From Bacteroidota bacterium (GTDB taxonomy: Bacteria; Bacteroidota; Bacteroidia; Chitinophagales; LD1): a stretch of 64,000 nt of DNA. Positions within the stretch are counted from its first letter, which is position 1, and each line of letters starts with the position of its first letter. The notes beneath the pieces were generated by a model. It did not search any database, was not told the DNA's origin, and saw only the letters and a program-made list of their open reading frames with translations. Positions 19,444 to 29,989 of this stretch are shown here, piece after piece. The stretch spans positions 130,435-194,434 of the forward strand of contig JADKJG010000005.1 of the NCBI GenBank assembly GCA_016722375.1. Direction: 5' to 3'. A program made the position numbers and the translations under genes.

Positions 19444-21426
19444 ATGCTCATTGAAAAAAACATAAAACAAGACGTTTGGAAAAACATTTATCGCCTGATT
19501 GCTCCGCAGAAAAAAACATTTTTTTCTGTAGTATTTCTTGGCTTACTAAGTACCGGTGTTACACTCATTGAACCGTTAATTTACCGCGAAGCCGTTAACG
19601 ACATCGCAGGTTTGTTTGTAAAACAGGCAAAAGATGATGTGCGTAATGAATTAGGAGTAGCCGTTGATGAAGAAGACCCGCTTACTTCACTTTTTCAAAG
19701 TAAAGAAGATTCTCCCAAAGCAACAAAACAAACAAGTCATTCCAAACACAAGCATAAGGCAAAGGAACCGCATACTGCTACCCACGTAGCAAGCCGCACA
19801 CCACAACAAGCACTCAAAACTTTACTTTGGGCAGTAGCACTTCTATTTCTCATAAACTTAGTCTATTATATCGTTTGGCTTTGGGGCGAATACATCAATG
19901 TAAAATTTGCATGTCGCGCCGAGCAAAGCTTTATTCAAAATACTTTTTACCATGTATTGCGCTTACCCCTTAACTTTTTTACCAAGCGTTCCAGCACCGC
20001 TATTTCAAAACAAATTGATCAGACAGAAGAAGTCGCTTCCATCGTCAACGGTTTTTCGCAAACCATCTTACCAGAACTCATAAGTTTGGTTGGCATCCTT
20101 GCCATCATGTTCTGGCAAAATATTACCCTAAGCTGGTTGGCCGTTTCTGTAATTCCTCTCTATGTAATCATCGCCCTGCGCTCCGTAAAAGGAATAGACG
20201 AAGGACTTTCTGTATATTACGAAAAGTGGGAAGAAGTTTACGCGCGTATGCAAGATGCCGTAAGCGGAATCAAAACGGTAAAACTTTCAGGAGCAGAGAC
20301 TCGCGAAGTAAATAATTTTCAATCGCTCACTAATCAGGCATACGCCGAATACATTCAGCGAACCAACCGCAACAACAAGTACACCTTTCTTGAAGGCATA
20401 CTCACTCACGTTGCAAAAGCGCTGGTCTTGGGATATGGTGGGTATCTCACACTACAACACAAGTTAACCCCAGGTGATGTTGTCATGTTTGTTGCTTATC
20501 TCGATATGCTTTACGACCCTATTGATAACCTCACAGAACTTTGGACGGAAATGCAACGCAACATTGTTTCGATTGCACGTGCTTTTAAATTACTCGACAA
20601 CAATGTTGAAGAAAAACAAGGCGCTACTTTAAAAATCACCGATGGAAAAATCGAATTCGACAAGGTTCATTTTGGCTATACGCCTGAACGAGAAATTCTG
20701 AAAGGACTTTCATTCACTATTCATACCGGCAACTTAACCGCTATTGTAGGAACCTCAGGCGCAGGAAAAACAACCACTGTCGATTTACTTCTAAAGTTAT
20801 TTGAACCAAACAGCGGTGAAATTCTCATTGACGGACAAAAGCTTTCACAAGCCGATGCATCTTCCGTGCGTGCCCAAATAGGAATGGTAAATGCTGATGG
20901 CTCTATATTTCGCGGCACACTCGCTTACAACATTCGCTACAAACGCCCCGATGCTACCGATGATGAAGTTATGCAAGCTGCCCTTGCTGCAGGTATGCAA
21001 AGCACGTTGCAACGACTACCCGATGGCTTAAATACTTTGGTCGGCGATAGCGGCTTTGGTTTATCGGTAGGTGAGCGCCAAAGAATTCAAATTGCCAGAG
21101 TGCTTATTGCAAAATCGAAAATTCTTATCTTAGACGAAGTGACCGCCAACCTAGACTATAAAACCGAAGCAGAAGTCAAACACACCGTAGATGAAATCAG
21201 AAAACAAAACACAGTTATTGTAATAGCCCACCGTTTCTCGATGGTAAAAGATGCTGACCACGTTATTGTTCTAGATGATGGCAATATCTTAGAAGAAGGA
21301 AAACCTGCAGACCTTATTGCCAATGCCGGATGGTTTGCCGACTTCGCAAATGCAGTAGAAGATGACGGCGTAATAGAAGATGAAATAATAGAGGAAGAAA
21401 TCCAAGACGAAGATTCAGAAACATAA
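19444..21426 (+). CDS. ABC transporter, fused permease/ATP-binding half-transporter (MsbA/exporter type)
   Basis: Walker A 'GTSGAGKTT', signature 'LSVGERQRIQIARVL', Walker B 'ILILDEVTANLD'. There is a Lys/His-rich insert after TM1 and a poly-acidic C-terminus. Confidence 0.85.
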   Translation: MLIEKNIKQDVWKNIYRLIAPQKKTFFSVVFLGLLSTGVTLIEPLIYREAVNDIAGLFVKQAKDDVRNELGVAVDEEDPLTSLFQSKEDSPKATKQTSHSKHKHKAKEPHTATHVASRTPQQALKTLLWAVALLFLINLVYYIVWLWGEYINVKFACRAEQSFIQNTFYHVLRLPLNFFTKRSSTAISKQIDQTEEVASIVNGFSQTILPELISLVGILAIMFWQNITLSWLAVSVIPLYVIIALRSVKGIDEGLSVYYEKWEEVYARMQDAVSGIKTVKLSGAETREVNNFQSLTNQAYAEYIQRTNRNNKYTFLEGILTHVAKALVLGYGGYLTLQHKLTPGDVVMFVAYLDMLYDPIDNLTELWTEMQRNIVSIARAFKLLDNNVEEKQGATLKITDGKIEFDKVHFGYTPEREILKGLSFTIHTGNLTAIVGTSGAGKTTTVDLLLKLFEPNSGEILIDGQKLSQADASSVRAQIGMVNADGSIFRGTLAYNIRYKRPDATDDEVMQAALAAGMQSTLQRLPDGLNTLVGDSGFGLSVGERQRIQIARVLIAKSKILILDEVTANLDYKTEAEVKHTVDEIRKQNTVIVIAHRFSMVKDADHVIVLDDGNILEEGKPADLIANAGWFADFANAVEDDGVIEDEIIEEEIQDEDSET

Positions 21427-21430
21427 ATCA

Positions 21431-22339
21431 ATGAATGCTCTAGTTATTTCAGGTGGTGGCAGCAAAGGCGCTTTTGCAGGGGGTGTTGCTGAGTATCTCA
21501 TTAAAGACTGTAAAAAAGACTACGCACTTTTTGTAGGCACCTCGACAGGAAGTTTATTAGCTCCGTTTTTAGCATTGGGGGATATTGAGCGCATCAAAAA
21601 AATATATTCCACTATTAAACACGAAGATATTTTTACGACATCTCCTTTTGTATTTCATGTAAAAAACGGAATTATTCACACTCGCATTAACCACTGGGGC
21701 ATTATCAGACAGTTCTTTAGAAAACAAAAAACCTTCGGCAATAGTGAAAACCTGCGAACACTGATTAAAAAATCATTTACATCTGAAAATTTTAAGCAAT
21801 TAAGAGTTTTACAAAAAGAAGTAATAGTTACAGTAGCCAACCTCACTACCCGAACCACCGAATACAAATCTTCGCTCGATTACAACTATACTGATTTTTG
21901 CGATTGGATATGGGCCTCTGCTAACTTTATCCCTTTCATGAGTTTACTAACCAAAAACGGATCCGATTATGGCGACGGCGGCTTTGGAAATCTTATCCCG
22001 GTGCAACAAGCATTAAACAAGGGTGCATCAGTTATAGATGTCATTGTATTAAATCCCGAAAACATAATTTATAGGAATGTGCAGCTTCACAATGTTTTCG
22101 ATGTGGTTACTCAAACCTTCGATTTTATGCTAAGCCAAATTGCAACCGATGATTTGCTCATTGCAAAACTTGAATCCACCAATCTCGCCATCGAAATTCA
22201 TTTTTATTATACGCATCGTATATTAACCGAGCAGGCGTATATCTTTGATGCCAGCCAAATGAAGCAATGGTGGAAAGAAGGATATGAACTTTTTAAAAAC
22301 CAAAAACCAAAAAGCCACTACCTCAAACCAACAGAATAG
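21431..22339 (+). CDS. patatin-like phospholipase
   Basis: 'SGGGSKGAFAGGV' oxyanion loop, 'GTSTGS' (GxSxG), and 'YGDGGF' catalytic Asp motif. Confidence 0.85.
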   Translation: MNALVISGGGSKGAFAGGVAEYLIKDCKKDYALFVGTSTGSLLAPFLALGDIERIKKIYSTIKHEDIFTTSPFVFHVKNGIIHTRINHWGIIRQFFRKQKTFGNSENLRTLIKKSFTSENFKQLRVLQKEVIVTVANLTTRTTEYKSSLDYNYTDFCDWIWASANFIPFMSLLTKNGSDYGDGGFGNLIPVQQALNKGASVIDVIVLNPENIIYRNVQLHNVFDVVTQTFDFMLSQIATDDLLIAKLESTNLAIEIHFYYTHRILTEQAYIFDASQMKQWWKEGYELFKNQKPKSHYLKPTE

Positions 22340-22527
22340 AGGTAATTAATTTTCTGTTTAACTATAGTTTTGATAGTTATATTCATTGCACAATGTAAGC
22401 ATTCGGTGAACCAACATATTACATATCTGAATTTCTCTGTTCATCAAATACTTGCTTCGGTTTAGGCCCCGTATATTCTAAAGACTACTTGCATTTTGAT
22501 ACTGGAATCACCTACACTCCTTAACCT

Positions 22528-23307
22528 TTGTACATACAAAATTCTAAACGAATGCAAACAAATCGAATCCGCCTTTACCTCATACGCACAGTAGCCCCTT
22601 TCTTAACAGGTTTAAGCAGCGCAGCAGTTGTTGTTTTTGCTTTTCTCCTGCCATCTATACAAGACCAATATGACCGTTACCAATCACGCAAGGTTATCAA
22701 TCAATATGAATCACTTGGTGATGATTTTTTTAAAGAGGAACATTACACAAATGCCGAAGCCGCCTATGCGAAAGCGTATGAGCTATCCGAATCAAAACGA
22801 TTGGATATTGAAGTAAAACGAATGAATGCGACCGTCAATCGCATTAACGAAAATGAAGATTGGGGAAAAGCCCCACCTGAGGATATGGACGAAATAGATT
22901 ACCAGTATTTACTCCATTTGCAGAAAAGTGATGAAGAAAAACAAAATCGCTTTTATACACTCAACAGCTATGGACGGTTTTTAGCAGGTAAGAGAAAATT
23001 TTCCGAAGCACAAAATGCTTTTGACGAAGCTATTAAACTGAACCCAGATGAAGCCTATACCTACATCCATCTCGGTAACCTCTATGACCAACAAAATAAA
23101 AAAGCTGAGGCCGAAAAAATGTATCTTAAAGCAATTTCACTAAACCCAGATGATGCCCGTGCACATTACAACCTAGGTCTACTTTACGCTGACCAACAAA
23201 AAACAAAACAAGCCGAGCGGGAATTTTACAAATGCCTTCAACTCGACAGCACTGACCAAGACGCGCAAGAGCAATACAAAGAGGTGAAAGAAAAAATTAG
23301 TAAGTAA
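22528..23307 (+). CDS. TPR-repeat protein with an N-terminal TM anchor
   Basis: TPR-like units (AEAAYAKAYEL, AQNAFDEAIKLNPDEAYTYIHLGNLY, AEKMYLKAISLNPDDARAHYNLGLLY). The start is likely the ATG at 22552. Confidence 0.7.
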   Translation: MYIQNSKRMQTNRIRLYLIRTVAPFLTGLSSAAVVVFAFLLPSIQDQYDRYQSRKVINQYESLGDDFFKEEHYTNAEAAYAKAYELSESKRLDIEVKRMNATVNRINENEDWGKAPPEDMDEIDYQYLLHLQKSDEEKQNRFYTLNSYGRFLAGKRKFSEAQNAFDEAIKLNPDEAYTYIHLGNLYDQQNKKAEAEKMYLKAISLNPDDARAHYNLGLLYADQQKTKQAEREFYKCLQLDSTDQDAQEQYKEVKEKISK

Positions 23308-23795
23308 AACCCCTTTGTCAAAAACGCATTATATTCTCTCTAAGAACTATTATGGAAACCTCAAAAACCTTAATGGAAAGGACGAAACAATCAATTGCTC
23401 CCATTTATAGCTGAAGGCTATTGTCTCAAATAACGTAGGTACAGCATACACCCCAAAGAAGTTAATAAGCTATAGCCCAAATCAATTCAATCAAAATAAA
23501 ATCAGACACTTGCAGCGGAGAATCGGCGGTTAAAGAAAGAATCACTAACTTTGAGATTCTTGCTATAAAATAGCACACCGCATATATGGATTCAGTGCCA
23601 ATGTGGAGGAGTTGCCGAGGCTAACTTGTACCCGGTGACCTGAAGCCTAGGAGCCCAACCTGATAAATATAATGGGCGCAGCGAAAAAGATGGAGCATCC
23701 ACCTACACCATCTGTCCGAATCAAAAAAGGTCAGCTATTATATAGAAAGAGTCGAATTAGCTATTGTAGTCACGTAAATATTAAGTCTCCCTGAT

Positions 23796-25052
23796 ATGTC
23801 GCACAAGAAAAAAGTAATCGTTGTAGGTGGTGGATTCGCAGGAATACAGTTCATTAGAAAATTGAATGAAAAGCTATTTGATGTTCTTCTGATTGACAAA
23901 ATAAATCACCATCAGTTTCAGCCGCTATTTTATCAGGTGGCTACTTCTCAAATCGAACCTTCGAGCATCTCCTTTCCTCTAAGAAATATCTTTAAGAACA
24001 AAACGAATGTTCAGATTCGTCTAGCAGAAGTATTGGGCGTTGACCAAACCAATAACAAAATTATCACCACGATTGGTAAGTTTGGGTATGATTATTTAGT
24101 TATTGCTATTGGGTGTAAAACCAATTTTTTCGGCAACCTCAATATTGGCAACCACTCCTTAACGCTCAAATCAACTTACGATGCGATTACTATTCGCAAC
24201 CACATCCTGCTCACCTTTGAAAATATTATTTCGGCTAATGAAGCAGAAAAGGAAAGTCTTTTCAATCTGGTGATTGTTGGTGCCGGACCCACCGGAGTTG
24301 AATTGGCCGGTGCCTTTGCAGAAATTAAAAAGGATGTTTTGCCTACGGATTATCGAGGCATAGATTTTTCAAAATTTAATATCCTATTGATTGAAGGAAG
24401 CAAAGATACTTTGAACAATATGAGCGACACAGCCAAAGTAGTTTCAAAACAATATCTTCAACAGATGGGCGTAACTGTATATACCGAAACAATTGTCAAG
24501 GATTATGACGGGAACATTTTAACCCTTAGTACCGGCGAAAAAATAAAAACTAAGACTGTAATATGGACTGCCGGTGTTATAGGCAATAAAATAGAGGGAT
24601 TTTCAAATAATATAGTCACCGCAGGAAACCGGCTTAAAGTGGACAGAACAAGCAAAGTGATTGAATGTGAAAATGTTTTTGCGATAGGCGACATTGCTCT
24701 TATGGAAACCCCCAAGTATCCCAAAGGGCATCCACAGGTTGCCAATGTCGCCATTAACCAAGCAAAGTTACTCGCAACAAATTTGAATTTGATAGCGCAA
24801 AACAAAAAGCCAATGGACTTTGAGTATCACGATCTGGGTTCCATGGCAACTGTTGGTAGAAACAAAGCTATTGTTGATCTTCCATTCTTTCAATTCAAAG
24901 GATACTTTGCCTGGCTCATTTGGATGTTTCTACATTTAATGCTGATACTCAGCGTAAGAAACAAACTCATTATATTCATAAATTGGGCATGGACATACAT
25001 TACCAAGAATACATCACTTGGTCTCATACTGACTCAAGAGCAGAAAAAATAA
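23796..25052 (+). CDS. ndh: type II NADH dehydrogenase (NDH-2)
   Basis: Two dinucleotide folds ('VIVVGGGFAG', 'VIVGAGPTGVELAG') and 'VFAIGDIA'. Confidence 0.85.
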   Translation: MSHKKKVIVVGGGFAGIQFIRKLNEKLFDVLLIDKINHHQFQPLFYQVATSQIEPSSISFPLRNIFKNKTNVQIRLAEVLGVDQTNNKIITTIGKFGYDYLVIAIGCKTNFFGNLNIGNHSLTLKSTYDAITIRNHILLTFENIISANEAEKESLFNLVIVGAGPTGVELAGAFAEIKKDVLPTDYRGIDFSKFNILLIEGSKDTLNNMSDTAKVVSKQYLQQMGVTVYTETIVKDYDGNILTLSTGEKIKTKTVIWTAGVIGNKIEGFSNNIVTAGNRLKVDRTSKVIECENVFAIGDIALMETPKYPKGHPQVANVAINQAKLLATNLNLIAQNKKPMDFEYHDLGSMATVGRNKAIVDLPFFQFKGYFAWLIWMFLHLMLILSVRNKLIIFINWAWTYITKNTSLGLILTQEQKK

Positions 25053-25136
25053 TTTTCAATTACTTCGACCGCCTCAACCGGTTATGGGCTAACCGGCTCA
25101 AGGCAAGCAGGAAAATAAATTCGTATCTTTGCGTCG

Positions 25137-25511
25137 TTGAAGAGGATTCTCGCGATATCGTGTCTGTTTGTTTTTCTGTGTGCCAACACTGAACTTTATC
25201 AGTTGTTAAAGTTGCCTGTTTTATTTCATCATTACCTAGAGGATCATCACTCAACCTTTACCGAATTCCTTTACGAACATTACAACAACAATCAAACCCA
25301 TTCCGATAACCACCACCACGACCACCAGAATCTACCGTTCAAGACCACCGGTTGTGGTACCACTCATACTACCTTAGCCTTTAATAATCAGAACAACCTT
25401 TCCCTTTGCCGCCTGAATGATGGTTCGGAAAAAATTATCTCCATTTACAAAGAGGTAATTTATTCGTCTTCTATTTTCAACAAGGTCTGGCAACCTCCTC
25501 AGTTTAGTTAG
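25137..25511 (+). CDS. small exported His-rich protein preceding the czc genes
   Basis: TTG start, signal-like N-terminus, and 'HHYLEDHH ... THSDNHHHDHQN' His clusters. Sits directly upstream of the CzcA-type gene. Confidence 0.5.
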   Translation: MKRILAISCLFVFLCANTELYQLLKLPVLFHHYLEDHHSTFTEFLYEHYNNNQTHSDNHHHDHQNLPFKTTGCGTTHTTLAFNNQNNLSLCRLNDGSEKIISIYKEVIYSSSIFNKVWQPPQFS

Positions 25512-25621
25512 TGCATTCACCCAGATTAGCATTCGGGTGAGACCATGCTACGGAAAGTCCGCAGCATCAATACATAGTGGATCCCTGCCATTAGTGCTTT
25601 CGTTTCATTAACTAAGTAATC

Positions 25622-28600
25622 ATGCTCAATAAAATAATTTCGTTCTCTATAAAGAACAAGCCCATCATTGGCCTCTTCATTTTTGTTCTCATTAGTTACG
25701 GAGGGTACCAGCTATTTCAACTGCCCATTGATGCCGTGCCCGACATCACCAACAATCAGGTGCAGGTCATTACCGTTACCCCCTCTTTAGGTACTCCTGA
25801 TGTAGAAAGGCTTATAACCTTCCCCATTGAACAAGCCAACAGCAACATTCCAGGCTTGAAAGAAATCAGAAGCTTCTCGAGGTTTGGCTTATCGCTCATC
25901 ACCATTGTTTTTGATGATGACGTGGATATATACTGGGCTCGACAACAAGTAACTGAACGATTAAAATCGGCAGAACAACAAATTCCTAAGGGTATCGGCT
26001 CGCCGGAACTTGCGCCTGTTACTACCGGCTTGGGAGAAATTTATCAATATGTTCTAAAGCCCAAACCCGGTTACGAAACAAAATATGGTCCAACAGAATT
26101 AAGAACCATTCAAGATTGGATTGTACGTCGGCAATTGATTGGAGTTAAAGGAGTCGCCGACGTAAGCAGCTTTGGTGGCAGGGTGAAGCAATACGAAATT
26201 GCCATTGACCCCAATAAACTGAAATCATACAACCTCACCATTAACGATGTGTTCACTGCTTTGGAGAAAAACAATGAAAACACAGGCGGCGCCTATATTG
26301 AAAAGACATACACGGTTCTTTACATCCGCACAGAAGGATTAATTGGAAACATAGAGGACATCAAAAACATTGTGGTGAAAAATACCAATAATGGAACACC
26401 TCTTCTTATAAATGATGTAGCCGAAGTACACATTGGACACGCCACCCGTTATGGAGCCATGACCTACAATGATGAGGGTGAAGTGGCCGGTGCGGTGGTG
26501 ATGATGTTGAAAGGTGCCAACAGCAGCAAAGTCATCAAAGACGTAAAAGAAAAAATCAAGCAAATACAAAAAACCTTGCCTGAAGGAGTGGAGCTGGAGC
26601 CATTTCTTGATAGAACAAAAATGGTGAATAACGCAATCAGCACCATTTCTAAAAATTTAATGGAAGGCGCACTGATTGTAGTCTTCGTGCTGGTACTATT
26701 TCTAGGAAACTTTCGGGCTGGAATTTTAGTCGCCTCGGTCATTCCCTTGTCTATGCTGTTTGCGGTGATTCTAATGAATCTATTTGGAGTAAGTGGAAAC
26801 CTGATGAGTCTAGGTGCTTTAGATTTCGGCTTGATTGTGGACGGTGCCGTCATTATCGTAGAAGCAGTGATGCACGGTCTGACACACAACAAAACATTTA
26901 ACAGTACGGCCCGAATCAATCAAAACGATATGGACAACAATGTACAGCACTCTGCAAGCAGGATGATGAATAGTGCTGTATTCGGACAGATAATCATCCT
27001 GATTGTTTACTTGCCAATATTCGCCCTTCAAGGAATAGAAGGCAAAATGTTTAAACCCATGGCGCAGACCGTTGCCTTTGCTTTGCTCGGTGCCTTTCTT
27101 CTTTCACTGACATACATCCCTATGATGAGTGCGCTATTTCTGAGTAAAAATATTTCTCACAAGAAAAATTTATCGGACAGAATGATGCAGTTCATTGAAA
27201 CCTTCTACCAAAAATATTTGATAAAAGTGCTGAACTTTCCTAAAACTGTTATTGGGATTACAGTCGTCCTATTTGCCTTTGCCATTTATATTTTCTCACA
27301 AATGGGTGGAGAATTTATTCCCGAATTACCGGAAGGAGATTTTGCAGTTGAAACCAGAGTATTAACGGGTAGTAACATCACCACCTCCTCAGAGGCAATC
27401 ATGAAATCAGCACACATCTTAAAAAATAAATTTCCTGAGATTGAAAAGATAGTCGGTAAAACGGGCAGCGGTGAAATTCCTACAGATCCCATGCCTATGG
27501 AAGCTTCGGATATGATGATTATCCTTAAAGATAAAAGTGAATGGACCTCGGCTAAAAGTTGGGATGAGCTTGCCGACAAAATGAGTGCTGCCCTGAAAGA
27601 TGTACCTGGAGTAACCTACGGTTTTCAATATCCCGTTGCTATGCGGTTTAATGAACTGATGACCGGAGCGAAACAAGATGTGGTGTGCAAAATCTTTGGA
27701 GAGAATTTAGATACGCTCTCCAAATATTCAAAACTGTTAGGGGAAGTGGCAGCCAAAATAGATGGCGCCGAAAATATTTATGTTGAACCGATAGACGGAC
27801 TTCCACAACTCATCATTAGATTCAATCGCAACGCAATAGCTCAATACGGTCTGAACATTCAAGACCTCAATAAAGTGGTCAACACCTCCTTTGCAGGACA
27901 AAGCAGTGGACTAATCTTTGAAGATGAAAAGCGCTTTGAATTGGTAGTTCGCCTAGCAGGGCCACAGCGACAGAATCTAGAAGATGTTCGAAACCTGCTC
28001 ATTCCCACTTCACAGGGAACACAAATTCCATTGTATCAAGTAGCGGACATCTCTATTCAAGAAAGTATCAATCAAATCCAAAGAGATGATGCTAAGCGAA
28101 GAATCATTGTCGGATTTAATGTTCATGGCAGAGATGTTCAGAACATCGTAAAAGATTTAAAAGTCCAAATCGAAAAACAAATAAAACTACCGTCAGGCTA
28201 CTACATTACATACGGAGGAGCCTTTGAAAATTTAATTGCGGCGAAAAAGCGCCTCAGTTTCGCCGTTCCACTTTCATTGTTGCTAATTCTTCTTCTATTA
28301 CTTTTTGCTTTCAATTCTATCAAACACGGCTTGCTTATCTATTCGGCCATTCCACTTTCTGCTATTGGAGGAATTTTCTTTTTAGCTTTAAGAGGAATGC
28401 CATTTAGCATCAGTGCCGGTGTTGGCTTTATTGCACTTTTTGGTGTAGCGGTACTAAATGGAATTGTCCTTATTGCTGAATTCAACCGAATAAAAAGTAG
28501 TGGAGAAACGGACACCAAGCAAATAGTCTTGCAGGGAACAAAGCTTCGCTTGCGGCCTGTATTGATGACCGCTCTTGTTGCTTCACTTGGATTTTTACCT

Positions 28601-29980
28601 ATGGCACTCAGCAACGGTGCAGGCGCAGAAGTACAGCGACCATTGGCAACCGTTGTAATCGGAGGTTTACTGATTGCGACATTCTTAACCCTTTTTGTCC
28701 TCCCTATACTCTATATTTTGTTTGAAAAGATTTCCTGGCCCACAACAAATAAGAAAGCAAGCATTACAGGAACAGCCATCCTTCTCTTGTATTTCTCTTC
28801 ATTTCAAAATGCAAATGCACAAACACCCATCAGCCTACCAAGTGCAATTGACACCGCAATCAAAAATAATCTCTCGGTAAAAAATGAAAAGCTAAATGTT
28901 GAATATCAAAAGAAATTAAAGGCTGCGGCCATTGACATTCCACAAACTAATCTTACTGGAGAATATGGTCAAATAAATTCCTTCTACAAAGACACCAAGT
29001 TTGGAATCGCTCAATCCATCAGCTTTCCAGTTGTCTATGCGAAACAAAAATCGCTACAAAATGAAAACTACAAACTGAGCACCCTCAGCCTATCAGTAAA
29101 GGATGCAGAACTGAGACGGCGAGTAAGCGAAGTTTTTTATCAGCTAAATTACTTGAAGGAAAAGAAAAACATTTTACTAAAGAGTGACAGTATCTATACT
29201 TCATTTTTAGAAAAAGCATCACTCCGTTTCACCAAAGGCGAAAGCAATATCTTGGAAAAAACAGCCGCCGAAACACAAAGGGGGCAAATTTATATTCAAC
29301 TGAAGCAATTAGAGCAGGAGAATGAAATTTTACAAATCAAATTTCAATTGTTGCTCAACACCCCAACCGTTTTCATACCCATAGAGGAACCGCTGAAACT
29401 ACTTTTTACTGCAAGCCATGACACTTCTTCGGTAAGCGGGCATCCAACCATACAAATCTTACAACAAGAGAAAACCATTTCGCATACAAATACTCAGCTG
29501 CAACGATCAAAACTCCTTCCCGACTTGCATTTAGCATATAGTAATATGAGTATTCAAGGAACCGGAGCTGATAATCTGCTATACACCAGATCAACCCGGT
29601 TTAATTCCGTGCAGTTTGGTCTTGGTATCCCGTTGTTCTTTGGATCACAAAAGGCAAAAATAAGTGCCGCGAAAACATTGGAACTGATTAGTGAAAATAA
29701 TTTTCAGTCGGGGCTACAAACATTGAAAGCCGAATATGAAATGGCTTACAAGAAATTTGAAACGCAATTAGCCGTCGTCAACTATTTTGAAGACACTGCC
29801 CTACAAAATGCAAATACTATTAGCCGGACAGCAGACCAACAATTTGTAAATGGTGACATCAATTATCTGGAGTGGACAATGCTGACCAACAATGCAATCA
29901 ACATTCAAAGTAACTACACCGATGCAGTCAACGAACTAAATCAAACAATCATTCAACTCAGTTTCTTAACTTCTAAATAA
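25622..29980 (+). CDS. CusA/CzcA-family heavy-metal RND pump fused to a TolC/CzcC-like outer-membrane factor
   Basis: The first ~1030 aa are RND-like (12 TM pattern, 'AVPDITNNQVQVIT', 'GALDFGLIVDGAVIIVE'). The C-terminal ~400 aa are TolC-like ('LPSAIDTAIKNNLSVKNEKL'). The two are joined by a signal-peptide-like segment 'ASITGTAILLLYFSSFQNANAQ' (about nt 28760-28830). Confidence 0.9.
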   Translation: MLNKIISFSIKNKPIIGLFIFVLISYGGYQLFQLPIDAVPDITNNQVQVITVTPSLGTPDVERLITFPIEQANSNIPGLKEIRSFSRFGLSLITIVFDDDVDIYWARQQVTERLKSAEQQIPKGIGSPELAPVTTGLGEIYQYVLKPKPGYETKYGPTELRTIQDWIVRRQLIGVKGVADVSSFGGRVKQYEIAIDPNKLKSYNLTINDVFTALEKNNENTGGAYIEKTYTVLYIRTEGLIGNIEDIKNIVVKNTNNGTPLLINDVAEVHIGHATRYGAMTYNDEGEVAGAVVMMLKGANSSKVIKDVKEKIKQIQKTLPEGVELEPFLDRTKMVNNAISTISKNLMEGALIVVFVLVLFLGNFRAGILVASVIPLSMLFAVILMNLFGVSGNLMSLGALDFGLIVDGAVIIVEAVMHGLTHNKTFNSTARINQNDMDNNVQHSASRMMNSAVFGQIIILIVYLPIFALQGIEGKMFKPMAQTVAFALLGAFLLSLTYIPMMSALFLSKNISHKKNLSDRMMQFIETFYQKYLIKVLNFPKTVIGITVVLFAFAIYIFSQMGGEFIPELPEGDFAVETRVLTGSNITTSSEAIMKSAHILKNKFPEIEKIVGKTGSGEIPTDPMPMEASDMMIILKDKSEWTSAKSWDELADKMSAALKDVPGVTYGFQYPVAMRFNELMTGAKQDVVCKIFGENLDTLSKYSKLLGEVAAKIDGAENIYVEPIDGLPQLIIRFNRNAIAQYGLNIQDLNKVVNTSFAGQSSGLIFEDEKRFELVVRLAGPQRQNLEDVRNLLIPTSQGTQIPLYQVADISIQESINQIQRDDAKRRIIVGFNVHGRDVQNIVKDLKVQIEKQIKLPSGYYITYGGAFENLIAAKKRLSFAVPLSLLLILLLLLFAFNSIKHGLLIYSAIPLSAIGGIFFLALRGMPFSISAGVGFIALFGVAVLNGIVLIAEFNRIKSSGETDTKQIVLQGTKLRLRPVLMTALVASLGFLPMALSNGAGAEVQRPLATVVIGGLLIATFLTLFVLPILYILFEKISWPTTNKKASITGTAILLLYFSSFQNANAQTPISLPSAIDTAIKNNLSVKNEKLNVEYQKKLKAAAIDIPQTNLTGEYGQINSFYKDTKFGIAQSISFPVVYAKQKSLQNENYKLSTLSLSVKDAELRRRVSEVFYQLNYLKEKKNILLKSDSIYTSFLEKASLRFTKGESNILEKTAAETQRGQIYIQLKQLEQENEILQIKFQLLLNTPTVFIPIEEPLKLLFTASHDTSSVSGHPTIQILQQEKTISHTNTQLQRSKLLPDLHLAYSNMSIQGTGADNLLYTRSTRFNSVQFGLGIPLFFGSQKAKISAAKTLELISENNFQSGLQTLKAEYEMAYKKFETQLAVVNYFEDTALQNANTISRTADQQFVNGDINYLEWTMLTNNAINIQSNYTDAVNELNQTIIQLSFLTSK

Positions 29981-29989
29981 ATTTCGATC

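Noticed and set aside
21431-22339. Patatin-like phospholipase as a CBASS-type defense effector
   Set aside because: There is no adjacent cGAS/DncV-like cyclase or other signalling gene. It is instead tightly linked to an ABC exporter, so a lipid-metabolism role is more likely.
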